A stretch of DNA of 64,000 nucleotides from positions 1 through 64,000 of the forward strand of contig DATFEP010000061.1 of NCBI GenBank assembly GCA_035250975.1, written 5' to 3'. The DNA comes from Nitrososphaeraceae archaeon (lineage in GTDB: Archaea; Thermoproteota; Nitrososphaeria; Nitrososphaerales; Nitrososphaeraceae). Positions 52,273 to 62,748 of this stretch are shown in pieces. The position numbers and the translations under genes are program-made. Each line of letters opens with the position of its first letter. Position 1 is the stretch's first letter. The notes below the pieces were generated by a model. The model worked only from the letters and a program-made list of their open reading frames with translations. It searched no databases and had not been told where the DNA came from.

Positions 52273-52487
52273 ATCAAAATGACAGGACAGTCAGTGATAT
52301 AATGGGAGATCAATCTTGAATTTTCTGGATTTCCTCCGCAAGTTCCTAAATACGGCCCTAATGTCAGGACTTTGCAATCCGGTCAAAGATTCGATTCTTT
52401 GCTATATTGTCATCTTATCTATTACTTGCAATTACCTTTGAAAAACTAATCTTATCTTACTAAAACTATCGTATGAAATGCTAGGTA

Positions 52488-52586
52488 TGGCGCCGGGAGA
52501 GGGATTTGAACCCTCGGGACCATGCGGTCACAGGCTTTCTTGATGTCTTTCCAGGCTTGCGCCCTTCCAGGCTAGGCGACCCCGGC
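52488..52586 (-). tRNA. tRNA-Ser(GGA) with 12-nt intron at 37/38 (52548-52537), CCA encoded
   Basis: GCCGGGG/TCCCGGC acceptor, long variable arm GACC-GCAT-GGTC, GAGGG-TTCAAAT-CCCTC. Confidence 0.93.
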
Positions 52587-52763
52587 ACTAAAATATGCAA
52601 TAACCTTGAACCATTTTATTTATCCTTCGAAAATATAATCTATTGGATGATTTACTGATTCTATTTTTCCAAAAGTAAAATTTTGAACTAAACTCAACGA
52701 CCATTTGTATGAATTTTCTCGAGATAAAATAAAAATATGGCACAAGATGAAAAATAACGGAGA

Positions 52764-52922
52764 ATGACAGGTTTAGAAATATCAGAAAACTGTAAGAAGA
52801 ATAAACATGTTGAATGTAATGAATGTATGTGTAATTGTCACATACCAGGAACAATGGAAAATTTAGCAAAAAAAATCGCTAAATTAGATAAAACTATCCC
52901 TGGGATAGGCGAGACCATATAA
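52764..52922 (+). CDS. 52-aa Cys/His-rich metal-binding microprotein
   Basis: MTGLEISENCKKNKHVECNECMCNCHIPGTMENLAKKIAKLDKTIPGIGETI. Confidence 0.65.
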   Translation: MTGLEISENCKKNKHVECNECMCNCHIPGTMENLAKKIAKLDKTIPGIGETI

Positions 52923-52999
52923 AATCAATTTGTTTTTACGGGATAGGAAATCGGTATCTTATAGGTCACTATTAAAGGTAATGATTAAAAGAGCAAAGA

Positions 53000-53998
53000 T
53001 CACGAATTCCAACCTTTAGGATATGTATTGGGTTTCATTATTATCCTTTTCATCTTTAATGCAATTCCATTTTTACTTACGGCTATTTGGCGGACAGACA
53101 TCAGAGATTCAGCTAAACCTACTATTTCCCCTTTCAAAGTGTACACACCAACCAACTCTCCAGTATCAAGTTTTTTTGATATTTGTGATATTCCCGGAAT
53201 TGCCAGTTGTGCACCATGACATAATGCATCTACTGCGGTATCTCTAATAACCACGCAAGGAATTTCAGTTAGACATACCTCTATTGGACTTATCATAATT
53301 CGTAGTTTTTCTTCGTCCTTCTTCTCCTTGTAAGATAAATATGCAGAATTCAAATCATGTAGTTTGATCAATCCATCTTTCTCAAAAAAATTACTTACTC
53401 TGGTACGTCGAAGCTCCACCATTGTGGCTCCTGAACCTAATACTTCACCGATATCATAAATCAATTTTCTTATGTAAGTTCCAGCTTGACACAAGATTCT
53501 CAAGAGGATAATTCTGTCACCAGATTCCACAAATTCCAGTTCATAGATTTTTCTTATTCTAGTCATTCTCTTAACGGAGGAACGTTGCGGAGGTCGTTGG
53601 TAAATATCGTCATGAAATTCTTTTAGAACAGACTCTATCCTTTCTTTTTGTAAGTCAGAATGAATTCTTGCTATTGAATAATATTCTTTCGGACCCAGTA
53701 ATAACACCGATAGTGCTTTAGTACCTTCTCCTAGCCCCATTGGTAACAATCCAGTTGCAGCTGGATCTAATGTTCCGCTATGTCCAGTTTTTTGGATATT
53801 CAACATTCTTTTTACCCATGAGGCTACCTCATGACTTGTTGGTCCAGAAGGTTTATCAATTAATATAATCCCATAATCTAGTAATTTATCAAGTGGTCTT
53901 TCAAAAGGACTATAACCATATCTGTCATCGGTAACGTTATCACTTAATGTAATCAAATCATGAAATTGATATAAATTGCCGAATTTCTTTTCAGTCAT
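53000..53998 (-). CDS. cbf5: H/ACA pseudouridine synthase Cbf5
   Basis: DKPSGPTSHEV, GHSGTLDP, GTYIRKL, PUA domain. Confidence 0.96.
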   Translation of the reverse strand: MTEKKFGNLYQFHDLITLSDNVTDDRYGYSPFERPLDKLLDYGIILIDKPSGPTSHEVASWVKRMLNIQKTGHSGTLDPAATGLLPMGLGEGTKALSVLLLGPKEYYSIARIHSDLQKERIESVLKEFHDDIYQRPPQRSSVKRMTRIRKIYELEFVESGDRIILLRILCQAGTYIRKLIYDIGEVLGSGATMVELRRTRVSNFFEKDGLIKLHDLNSAYLSYKEKKDEEKLRIMISPIEVCLTEIPCVVIRDTAVDALCHGAQLAIPGISQISKKLDTGELVGVYTLKGEIVGLAESLMSVRQIAVSKNGIALKMKRIIMKPNTYPKGWNS

Positions 53999-54073
53999 TT
54001 TCAGTAGTATTTTAAACCTCCCATAATTAATTATTTATTTAGTATTGAGACTATTCAAAATAGTAAATGAAAA

Positions 54074-54667
54074 TTAAATTCTCAGATTTTTAACGATATG
54101 TTTTGATATAGAAATTAGAGAGTTGAGATCTAAGAGGTCCGTATCCAATACAAAATCAAAAACTGTCAAATCTTTTCCGAATTCATAACCATAGAGATTA
54201 TGATATATTCTTACATTATTTTCATCCCGCTGTAATATTATTTCTTTTGCTTGTTTAACATTCAGATTGTCTCTTTTAGCCATTCTTCTAATTCTATTAC
54301 TTCGAGATCCCTTTAACCATATTTTTATCGATTCCGGGACAAGCCATGGAAGTGTATAACTTGTAACTATTACATCTCCATGTCTAACTATTTCAACGAG
54401 TTTCCTATCAACCTCTATATCAAAATATGGATTCGACTCTCTTTCTTCCATGAAGTTTTTTGCTTCATCTGTATCCCACCAATCATCCCCAGATACGGAA
54501 TATCCTTTTTCTGATGCAAGCAACTTGAGAACATCTCCTCCATTATATTGTCTATATCCAAGTTCTTTTGCCAAAGCAGTAGCAAGGGTTGTTTTCCCTA
54601 CAGCAGGCCAACCTGAAATTACTATACTATTTAGTTTTTTGTTTTCATAGGAGATATAATCATGCAT
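54074..54667 (-). CDS. cmk: Cytidylate kinase
   Basis: SGWPAVGKTT P-loop; conserved position in secY operon. Confidence 0.88.
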   Translation of the reverse strand: MHDYISYENKKLNSIVISGWPAVGKTTLATALAKELGYRQYNGGDVLKLLASEKGYSVSGDDWWDTDEAKNFMEERESNPYFDIEVDRKLVEIVRHGDVIVTSYTLPWLVPESIKIWLKGSRSNRIRRMAKRDNLNVKQAKEIILQRDENNVRIYHNLYGYEFGKDLTVFDFVLDTDLLDLNSLISISKHIVKNLRI

Positions 54668-54668
54668 T

Positions 54669-55277
54669 TCACGTCATACTTGGAAGAGAAGTTTTAGTAA
54701 GTTTGGCCACAACACCACTAGTTCCCAGTGAAGTAATCAGAAACCATCCCCATAAAAAAACTTCTCCTGGAATAGTACAAGCACCTTTTGGTTGTCCCTT
54801 ATCATCTAGGACAGTATCTATAGCAACATTCTCAGACGTGCACATTATCCATGGAAGATGAAGTGGCGAAAGAGCAACAGTTGATCCAAAAACTGAAGGG
54901 AACACCAAGATCCATAACATGAATGATGGAATCATGTATAATAGCATAGGACGCATCTGTTGCTGTTGCATTTCCATCCCCATTTTTGTCATATATGCCT
55001 GCTTTTTCTTCAGTTCACTGATTCTTTGTTTATCTTGTTTTTTAATCGCATCTCTATACTCTTTATTGAAGCTTTTTTGTTCCTGCATAACTTTCGTCAA
55101 TCTATCGATATCCGTTGTTTTTTTTCGCAAAAGAGCAAATGCAAAATTCAAACCTACAGCAATAAGAGTCGCCATAATCATAGAAGATACCAAATCTGGA
55201 AAAATTGGATGTTTTGTATAGGCTGGTGTTAACCCAGGCAATTGTAAAATTAGATCGCTAATATCCATATCAATCAC
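54669..55277 (-). CDS. DUF106 (EMC3/TMCO1, Oxa1-superfamily) membrane protein
   Basis: TM-coiled coil-TM layout, MRPML, WFL; position after adk. Confidence 0.85.
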   Translation of the reverse strand: MIDMDISDLILQLPGLTPAYTKHPIFPDLVSSMIMATLIAVGLNFAFALLRKKTTDIDRLTKVMQEQKSFNKEYRDAIKKQDKQRISELKKKQAYMTKMGMEMQQQQMRPMLLYMIPSFMLWILVFPSVFGSTVALSPLHLPWIMCTSENVAIDTVLDDKGQPKGACTIPGEVFLWGWFLITSLGTSGVVAKLTKTSLPSMT

Positions 55278-55867
55278 TCTGACGAATTACTAATTATTAA
55301 ATTAAGTAATTTCTTAGTACAATGTTCCAAGTGATTCTCATTATTGTGAACAATTTTAAAAGGAGCGCCAGAGATTACTGAACAACTTGAAATAAGCATC
55401 TTCGAAACATCTATTTCGTTTTGAATTGACTCGATTGAAATTATATCCCTATCCCTTGAAGAATCATTTTGTCGCCTATGATATATTTCTTCAGGCTTTG
55501 CGATAATCAAAACCAAGTTTGAAGGTTTAAGTAGATTTAGCAGGTGAAGAGGTAAACCTGGGTAATATCCTTCAAATGTGGTGATAAACAAATGCGTATC
55601 AATTATTACAATCTCAGATATTATTTCAGAGATTCTAGTTGCAGCTAATCTTTGAAGATTTTTTTGATCCTCAATCTGAAGCCTTCGAATTTCGTCTCTA
55701 TTTTTTATATTAACTCTTTTGGCTTCCTCAAGCATTATCTTTCCGAATTCTGCCAATGTTGTTTTTATCCCGAGTTGTTCCAAGGCCTTTTTTACTTCTG
55801 ATACAACAGTTGTTTTTCCCACGCCGGGAATTCCAACTACAATAATTCGTTTAATCCTTTCTACCAA
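55274..55867 (-). CDS. adkA: Archaeal adenylate kinase
   Basis: GIPGVGKTT, DTH, GYYPGLP. Confidence 0.93.
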   Translation of the reverse strand: MVERIKRIIVVGIPGVGKTTVVSEVKKALEQLGIKTTLAEFGKIMLEEAKRVNIKNRDEIRRLQIEDQKNLQRLAATRISEIISEIVIIDTHLFITTFEGYYPGLPLHLLNLLKPSNLVLIIAKPEEIYHRRQNDSSRDRDIISIESIQNEIDVSKMLISSCSVISGAPFKIVHNNENHLEHCTKKLLNLIISNSSE

Positions 55868-57284
55868 TTAAAGCCGCCAGTTTGGGCATATTAGTGTCTA
55901 CTTTTTCTCTTATGAGGAGATTATAGTAATTTACAAGAATATCTACCATTAACAACAATCCAATACCCCCGCCAAATAAGCCCAATACGTCTGACACGGA
56001 GGCTAATAGACCTATCGCTACTCCACCAATAATAGTTACTGACGGAATATACTTATCTAAGACATTCTGAACAGAATTTTGTGACCTTCTAAACCCTGGT
56101 ATTTGTACATCAGCATCAAGGAGGTTTTTAGCAGCAGATTTTGCAGAGAGTCCGCCCAATTCTACCCATAACCTACCAAAAACAGTAACAATTGCAGTGA
56201 TAAATATGATATTAACTACAGCTCTAATTGGATCCTGAGCAGCAACATCAAGGCCTCTAGGGGTAGTGATATAATACAATAACCCACCAATAGGAGATTG
56301 TTGTTGTGCCGGATCAAACTGCGCTATCCAATTAAAAAAAGGATTGTCGTTTTCTGGATTGTAATTTGCCCAAAGCATCTGACCCATAAATATTGCATTA
56401 GCTACCAAGGCAGTGGACAAAATTACAGGGATATTAGATACGTATAACAGTTTTATTGGATAAACTGCCGTAAAACCCCTATACTTTGTTGATACGATGG
56501 GAATATCAATGTGAATTCCCTGAGTATACACCAGAATAGCAAGTACGCCACCGGTTAGGATGAATGTGAAAAGACTTGGTAATTGACCACTTCTAAAGAA
56601 AACATCAGAAAGATCCCCTTGTGCTGCAGAGTCAATTATGAATGGTATTATACCAACTGGTCCATCTGGACCTGCAACAGGGGTAAATACACTCCACAAG
56701 ATGGTTTGCGCGACTCCCGCCATAATAAAAAGACTAATACCAGAACCCAATCCCCAGCCTTTTTGTATTAATTCGTCTAGCAACATTACAATTAGACTAG
56801 TAAATATCAACTGAGCAATGAGAATATAGGTATAATCAGGAGACTCTACTAGTGGACCGTAAACACTAGCACCATATAAACCTCCCTCTGCGATTATCAC
56901 AATAATAGTAACTAGCTTAGTTGCGGAAGTGAAAAGTGCTCTATCATCGGGATTTTTGAAATTTAATTTTAGAATATCTGATCCCTTAAGTAATTGCATT
57001 AAAAGCCCTGCCGTAACTATAGGTCCAATACCAAGTTCCAGAATAGTTCCTTGCTGTGCAGCAAATATAACTCGAGCAAATGCTAGGAAGTCAAATTGAG
57101 GTTCATCAGTGACACCATAAAGGGGTACTTGACCCATAACAAGATAGGCAAATACTGCTATACCACACCAAACAAATTTCTCCGTAAGAGTTATCTTTTT
57201 CTTTGGCTTTTCTACCTGAGGAATATAACGGGATATAGTTTTAATAGACTTACGTATAAATCCCTCATTCTGAACTGTACTCAT
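55851..57284 (-). CDS. secY: Preprotein translocase SecY
   Basis: LGIGPIVTAG, GLGSGISLFI, YPIKLLYVSNIP, IPGFR. Confidence 0.97.
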   Translation of the reverse strand: MSTVQNEGFIRKSIKTISRYIPQVEKPKKKITLTEKFVWCGIAVFAYLVMGQVPLYGVTDEPQFDFLAFARVIFAAQQGTILELGIGPIVTAGLLMQLLKGSDILKLNFKNPDDRALFTSATKLVTIIVIIAEGGLYGASVYGPLVESPDYTYILIAQLIFTSLIVMLLDELIQKGWGLGSGISLFIMAGVAQTILWSVFTPVAGPDGPVGIIPFIIDSAAQGDLSDVFFRSGQLPSLFTFILTGGVLAILVYTQGIHIDIPIVSTKYRGFTAVYPIKLLYVSNIPVILSTALVANAIFMGQMLWANYNPENDNPFFNWIAQFDPAQQQSPIGGLLYYITTPRGLDVAAQDPIRAVVNIIFITAIVTVFGRLWVELGGLSAKSAAKNLLDADVQIPGFRRSQNSVQNVLDKYIPSVTIIGGVAIGLLASVSDVLGLFGGGIGLLLMVDILVNYYNLLIREKVDTNMPKLAALIGRKD

Positions 57285-57699
57285 TATAAATTATGTTCCC
57301 CCCAACTGCCTGAATTTTCTCCAAGGCTTTTTTTGAAATTCTGCCAATTTTGATAGTTAATTTTGCATTTATTTTTCCTGCACCCAATAATTTGTCATAT
57401 CCAAGAGATGTTAAATCAAAAAAATTCTGATGCTTTGCATTATCTTTATTTTTATTATATAAAGAATCAAGATCCCTTAAATTTACCCATTTTTTCACAT
57501 AATTTTTATGATGAGAATTACTTTGACTGTGACCAAAGTGATCTGGTTCCTCGATAACAGTTCTTATCCAGAAATGTTTATGCTTTCCAGCCTGTCCAAC
57601 ACCACCTCTAGATCCAGATTGACGGTGTTGTCCTATCTGACCCCAGCCGCAATACCTAGTTCCTCTTTGTTTCCTGCTTTTTCTTAATCTAGTGGCCAT
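57265..57699 (-). CDS. rpl15: 50S ribosomal protein uL15
   Basis: RKSRKQRGTRYCGWG, KLLGAG. Confidence 0.95.
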   Translation of the reverse strand: MATRLRKSRKQRGTRYCGWGQIGQHRQSGSRGGVGQAGKHKHFWIRTVIEEPDHFGHSQSNSHHKNYVKKWVNLRDLDSLYNKNKDNAKHQNFFDLTSLGYDKLLGAGKINAKLTIKIGRISKKALEKIQAVGGNIIYNEYSSE

Positions 57700-57783
57700 A
57701 ACTTATATCCTCAAACATATTGAATTATTAAAAACAGTTAGCATAATCATTCTTATTCTTTGATAAATAAAATTTTGCTGTAT

Positions 57784-58251
57784 TTATATCATTCTCCTAA
57801 TAAGATCAATAAGTTCATCATTTTCGCCAAGTATTCCCTTTTGTGAGTACTGAGTCTTTGTTTTTCTTTTAAAACCACCTTTTGGAGAATTTAGTGAGAA
57901 CCAAGGTTTAACTTCTTTAATATCGGATAAACTAAGATTATTTTCGTATATAGATTTTGCTAATTCATCTAATGACTTGAATGATGAAGGGAGATTACCA
58001 ATAGTGAGGCTTCTTAATCCACTAACTTTTCCTCTTCGCTCTAATAATTCTTTGATTATAGAACCATCTACAGATTTCCAGGCCACGATGTCTTTAACCT
58101 TCCTTAACATCCCCAAGGCCTGTGAATCCTCTTTAATAATAGTAGCGTTAAATTTTCTCCTGAGATTAAGATTCTCTAATGTTTTTTCAGCCCAAATTGG
58201 CACATTTACCAAACCACGTATTCTTATTACTAAATAAACCATCTTAATCAT
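57784..58251 (-). CDS. rpl30: 50S ribosomal protein uL30
   Basis: VIRIRGLVN, GMLRKVKD, PKGGFK. Confidence 0.95.
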   Translation of the reverse strand: MIKMVYLVIRIRGLVNVPIWAEKTLENLNLRRKFNATIIKEDSQALGMLRKVKDIVAWKSVDGSIIKELLERRGKVSGLRSLTIGNLPSSFKSLDELAKSIYENNLSLSDIKEVKPWFSLNSPKGGFKRKTKTQYSQKGILGENDELIDLIRRMI

Positions 58252-58895
58252 TACCCCGCTGCATACGTACTTCTTAAAGCATCAAAAATAGCCTTTGTAG
58301 TAGACGCCATTGTATTTGTCGATCCGAAGGATTTTGTCCAAGCATCCTTCAATCCAGCTAACTTGAGTAATGATCTAATGTTTTCACCAGCAACCAGACC
58401 GAGACCTCTAGGCCCTGGCAATATTTCAATTGTGACACTGCCACCTCTGCCTGATACCTTAAATGGTATTGAATGAAGTTGATTACATCTACACTCCCAA
58501 CTTCCACATCCAAGTTTAATTGGAATAACATTTAGATATGCAGAATTAATTGCCTTATCAATTGCATTTCGCATTTGGGCTGCTTTCCCATTTCCAATTC
58601 CAAACCATCCATTTTCATTACCCACAGCCACTAATGCAGCGAACCTTGTCATTTCACCTGCGTCAGTTTGTTTTTGCACTATTCCTACATGCACTACCTG
58701 GCTTTTGATATCTGGAAGAAGATGTTTAACTATTTCTGATTCTTGAATCCTCATTCCATTTTCAAAGACTTGTTCCATTGAAGTGATCTTGCCGCCAGCA
58801 ACCATTATCCCTAAGGTTGTCCTTGGTTTCCATTCCACTTGTTTTTCGTCCCTACTTCTTGTATATTGTGAATTTCTCGTAAATTGTTGACTCAT
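58251..58895 (-). CDS. rps5: 30S ribosomal protein uS5
   Basis: WKPRTTLG, QKQTDAG, GCGSWEC, PRGLGLVAG. Confidence 0.97.
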   Translation of the reverse strand: MSQQFTRNSQYTRSRDEKQVEWKPRTTLGIMVAGGKITSMEQVFENGMRIQESEIVKHLLPDIKSQVVHVGIVQKQTDAGEMTRFAALVAVGNENGWFGIGNGKAAQMRNAIDKAINSAYLNVIPIKLGCGSWECRCNQLHSIPFKVSGRGGSVTIEILPGPRGLGLVAGENIRSLLKLAGLKDAWTKSFGSTNTMASTTKAIFDALRSTYAAG

Positions 58896-58940
58896 CTGTT
58901 AGATATCTCCATTCTTAATACAAGTTTCATCTTCTTTCCC

Positions 58941-59564
58941 TTACGAGTTATTATCCGCTATTTTATCTTTATTGTTAGAGGACATTTCAAAATCTGTCGT
59001 ACTTAAATTAGATATTTTGTTTTTAATTTCCTCAAAATGTGTTTTATAATCTTCAGGCTCTAATCCTTTTTTTATTATATTGGAAAACCTTATCATGTAC
59101 TGATCTTTATTTCCCTTCAAAGAAAAAGCGTAAGTTGATATATGTTCCCCGCTAAGTCTATCTTCTGCTGGAAATGACTTTTCGGATGAAGGTACCTTGA
59201 TGCCACCATCGATAATTCCTTTGAGACAGGCAGCGGTTCTTGGAGTAAATCTATCTCTTCCAGTATACAGTACTGCATTTTCAACGCCTTTAAAAGAGGC
59301 TTTTTTGCCTAATAGCAAGCCAGTAAGATAACAAGCTGGAAGAGAATTATTGGAACCCTTCCATCCATAACCTACCAAGTTTGTAGAATGAGCAAAGGCA
59401 ATCACCTTATCTCCGGCGATATTAGGTTCAAGCAACTGTGTCAGAATATTTTGATTACTTAATTTTACCGTTATAAATTGTTGTTTACTTTGCAATAACG
59501 AAGAACGCTTATGATAATTAGTTTTTTTCTCCCTTATTCGCTTTAAAGTGTGAACATACGTCAA
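58941..59564 (-). CDS. rpl18: 50S ribosomal protein uL18
   Basis: KTNYHKR, YGWKG, PACYLTG, GEHI. Confidence 0.95.
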   Translation of the reverse strand: MTYVHTLKRIREKKTNYHKRSSLLQSKQQFITVKLSNQNILTQLLEPNIAGDKVIAFAHSTNLVGYGWKGSNNSLPACYLTGLLLGKKASFKGVENAVLYTGRDRFTPRTAACLKGIIDGGIKVPSSEKSFPAEDRLSGEHISTYAFSLKGNKDQYMIRFSNIIKKGLEPEDYKTHFEEIKNKISNLSTTDFEMSSNNKDKIADNNS

Positions 59565-59642
59565 TACATATCATCTCCAATTTGTTGAATATTAGATGCT
59601 GAGTATCAAAATCACTTATAAACGTTTTATTAAAACAATTTT

Positions 59643-60428
59643 CTAAACAGTCTTAGAACATATTCTATTGGCGATTAAAGATGCAAATGCTCCTGCACCA
59701 ATTCCATTATCTATATTTACCACAGCGAGTCCCAATGCACAGCTTTGAAGCATAGTGGAAAGTGCTGCAACACCATTGGAGCCAAAACCATATCCTATAG
59801 AAGTAGGTACTCCTATGACAGGTATGTCTACACATGATGACACTATTGAAGCTAAAGCTCCTTCCATTCCTGCGACTACAACAATTGCATGCACGTTATC
59901 AGATATCATTTTTTTGAGAGACGGAAAAATTCGATGAATACCTGCTATACCTACATCATATGAAACAATTGCATTACATCCCATTGCTTTTGATACTAAT
60001 CTTGCTTCTTCGGCAATGCCCACATCTGAAGTACCAGCAGAAATAATACCGATTTTGCAATTCGGATTAGTTTTCATTACTCGATCTTTCGATATCAGAA
60101 TAGTAGAACTATTTTTACCAATTTCAAAATATAGATTATTTTTTCTAGAAAATTCTCGTATCTTCTTGATGTATTCCTTTGGTGTTCTACTGATAATTAC
60201 CTTTTCATTTTTTTTTATAATCCTCTTTAGAATAACAAGAATGTCTAAATATGATTTTCTTTCCCCATAAATAATCTCTGGAATACCTCTTCTTATTTCT
60301 CTATGTATATCCAAGTTTGCGATGTTATTTCCGATATTTTCTACATAGGTATATGTAATTATTTTTTTGAAGTCCTCGAGAGAAATCTTTCCAGTATTGT
60401 ATTCTTTTAGAAGAACATCTAAATCCAT
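59643..60428 (-). CDS. larB: Nickel-pincer cofactor biosynthesis carboxylase LarB
   Basis: REIRRGIPEIIY, AGTSD, DVGIAGIHR, AGMEGAL, PTSIGYG, VNIDNG. Confidence 0.93.
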   Translation of the reverse strand: MDLDVLLKEYNTGKISLEDFKKIITYTYVENIGNNIANLDIHREIRRGIPEIIYGERKSYLDILVILKRIIKKNEKVIISRTPKEYIKKIREFSRKNNLYFEIGKNSSTILISKDRVMKTNPNCKIGIISAGTSDVGIAEEARLVSKAMGCNAIVSYDVGIAGIHRIFPSLKKMISDNVHAIVVVAGMEGALASIVSSCVDIPVIGVPTSIGYGFGSNGVAALSTMLQSCALGLAVVNIDNGIGAGAFASLIANRICSKTV

Positions 60429-60436
60429 CGTTATAT

Positions 60437-61351
60437 TTAAAGTCCTAATGATTTTATCGCTTCTTTAACACTTTTTACTCCTAGATCAAATATTGACCTT
60501 TCAGATTTGTCTAGCTCAAGTTCGATTATTTTTTCTATTCCTTGAGATCCTAACACCGCTGGAACTCCAATACACAATTCTGATAAACCATATTCTCCTT
60601 CCATATATGCCGAGATGGGAATAACCATCTTTTTGTCCTTTACAATACTCTCAATCATAGTTGCAACAGCATTCCCGGGAGCATATACAGTTGCACCCTT
60701 TAGAGAAATTACTTCAGCTGCCACACTCTTAGTTTTTTCAAATATTTTGCTTGATTCTTCATCAGATAAAAGGTCTTTTAGAGGTATTCCACCGATAGAA
60801 GAAAATCTTATTAAAGGTAACATATTTTCTCCGTGCTCACCTATTACCATAGCCTGAATTGATTCCCTGGAATAGCCTTTAACGTCATGAATAAAACTTT
60901 TGAATCTCGATAAATCAAGCATACCACCCATTCCCATTACTTTGCTTTTAGGAAAATTGGTAGTTTTTAAAGCTAAATAGGTCATGGGATCCAATGGATT
61001 TGTTACTACGATCAGATTACTATTTTTCGCATACAATGATATTTTGTTAGAAACATCTTTGACAACAGTAGCATTTCTATTCAAAAGATCCATTCGAGTC
61101 ATTCCTGGTTTTCTTCCTATGCCAGCAACCAAGACTACAAAATTCGAATTCCTCATATCTTCATAATCATTCGAACCTTTGATTCTTGGATCAAAACCTC
61201 TTTCAGATAATTGATGATTAATATCCATAGCTTCTCCTTGGGGAAGTCCTTCGATTACATCTAACAATAAAACATCATCTAATTCTCTTAATCCACAATT
61301 CAATGCCACAGAAGCACCAACTCTTCCGGATCCTATTATTGTAATTGTCAT
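60437..61351 (-). CDS. mdh: Malate dehydrogenase (LDH-like); start ATG 61351
   Basis: [16 protein letters not shown] (Arg specificity), TNPLD, GEHG. Confidence 0.93.
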   Translation of the reverse strand: MTITIIGSGRVGASVALNCGLRELDDVLLLDVIEGLPQGEAMDINHQLSERGFDPRIKGSNDYEDMRNSNFVVLVAGIGRKPGMTRMDLLNRNATVVKDVSNKISLYAKNSNLIVVTNPLDPMTYLALKTTNFPKSKVMGMGGMLDLSRFKSFIHDVKGYSRESIQAMVIGEHGENMLPLIRFSSIGGIPLKDLLSDEESSKIFEKTKSVAAEVISLKGATVYAPGNAVATMIESIVKDKKMVIPISAYMEGEYGLSELCIGVPAVLGSQGIEKIIELELDKSERSIFDLGVKSVKEAIKSLGL

Positions 61352-61506
61352 TTTGATCGATTGTTCATTTAGACAAATTATAATCTTACTAAAATAGTTC
61401 CTAATTGAAATAGTCACTTTGAGATAATAACTTCTTTATAGTATCTTAATAACTATATATAAGCATGATAATGTACTTTCGAAAATAATATTAAAAGGAG
61501 TACAGA

Positions 61507-62748
61507 ATGTCAAATATTACAATAATTGACCCTCAGATCTCAGGGATTTCAGGCGACATGTTAATGTCTGCACTAGTGGATGCAGGCGCTGATAAAAAGA
61601 AAATTATCGATTCTATATACAAATGTGAAAAATATATTACTGGAAGTAAAATAGTTGATGCTAAATTTGAAAAGATAACTGTTCATGGTTTTAAGGCAAC
61701 GAGATTTTTTTTTAAATATCAGGATAAAACTTTGAAAAGAAAAGCAATTGACATGTACAAGATTCTATCGAAGTGCGCTGAAAATTTAAATCTAGACCCA
61801 CGAGCAAATAGTTTTTTACTGAACTCTTTAAAAACTTTAATAAATGCGGAAACTAGAATTCATGGCAAACCTGTTGAAAAGATTCATTTGCATGAAGCAT
61901 CTAGCATAGACACATTTGTGGATTTAATTGGTTGTTCTATTGCACTGGAAAACTTGAAAATTTTTGACTCAAGAATAGTTACGACTCATATCTCAGTTGG
62001 TAGCGGACTAACAGATTTTTCTCATGGAACGGTTGCTAATCCTACTAACGCAGTTTTAGAAATATTTCGAGGCAGATCATTTGTTTTATCTGGCAACAAT
62101 CTTGGAGAGATTACAACACCAACTGGGGCATCTATGCTAGTAAATCTTGCATCAGAGTGTGTAGATTATTACCCTAAATTTGTTCCGATTAGGATTGGAC
62201 TAGGTAATGGTCAGAAGGAATTTCATACCTATCCGAATATTCTCCGAGTAATAATAGCGAAGGATCCTATTAATTCTAAAACAAATTACGAAGATGTAGT
62301 ACTATTAGAAACTAATATTGATGATTTATCTGGGGAAATATTAGGCAATTTGATTGAGGTAATTATGAAGGAAGGAGCAAAAGATGTCACAGTAATTCCT
62401 GGGATAACAAAGAAAAATAGACCTGTTCACATATTAAGAATAATTACTGATAGATTGAAAATAAATGACATTGCTGAGAAAATATATATTGAATCCGGCA
62501 CTTCAGGCATTAGAATTCAAGACTTGAATAGAATAGCATTGTTTAGAAATATTATAACTATGCCGATATCCGTAAAAAATAAAACTTACAATGTAAGAGT
62601 AAAAATTGTAAAAGATCCATATAATAAAATAATAAACGTAAAACCTGAATATGACGATCTGAAAAAGATAGCTGAGGCTAGTGGTATGTCATTAAGAAAA
62701 GTTATGAATTACGCTACATGTCAGACAATGTCAAAATTTGATGAGTGA
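61507..62748 (+). CDS. larC: Nickel insertase LarC
   Basis: SGISGDM, IHG...HLHE, EITTPTG, ETNIDD, KKNRP, KPEYDD. Confidence 0.93.
   Translation: MSNITIIDPQISGISGDMLMSALVDAGADKKKIIDSIYKCEKYITGSKIVDAKFEKITVHGFKATRFFFKYQDKTLKRKAIDMYKILSKCAENLNLDPRANSFLLNSLKTLINAETRIHGKPVEKIHLHEASSIDTFVDLIGCSIALENLKIFDSRIVTTHISVGSGLTDFSHGTVANPTNAVLEIFRGRSFVLSGNNLGEITTPTGASMLVNLASECVDYYPKFVPIRIGLGNGQKEFHTYPNILRVIIAKDPINSKTNYEDVVLLETNIDDLSGEILGNLIEVIMKEGAKDVTVIPGITKKNRPVHILRIITDRLKINDIAEKIYIESGTSGIRIQDLNRIALFRNIITMPISVKNKTYNVRVKIVKDPYNKIINVKPEYDDLKKIAEASGMSLRKVMNYATCQTMSKFDE

Noticed and set aside
52860-52908. Two palindromes (AATTTAGC/GCTAAATT; CTATCCC-T-GGGATAG) as operators
   Set aside because: They lie inside the 52-aa Cys-rich ORF; no independent support
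53000-53998. Possible cbf5 mRNA intron as in some Crenarchaeota
   Set aside because: ORF is continuous through DKPSGPTSHEV...GHSGTLDP; no insertion
53998-54669. Absence of rpl14e/rpl34e around cmk as novelty
   Set aside because: Known lineage trait of Thaumarchaeota
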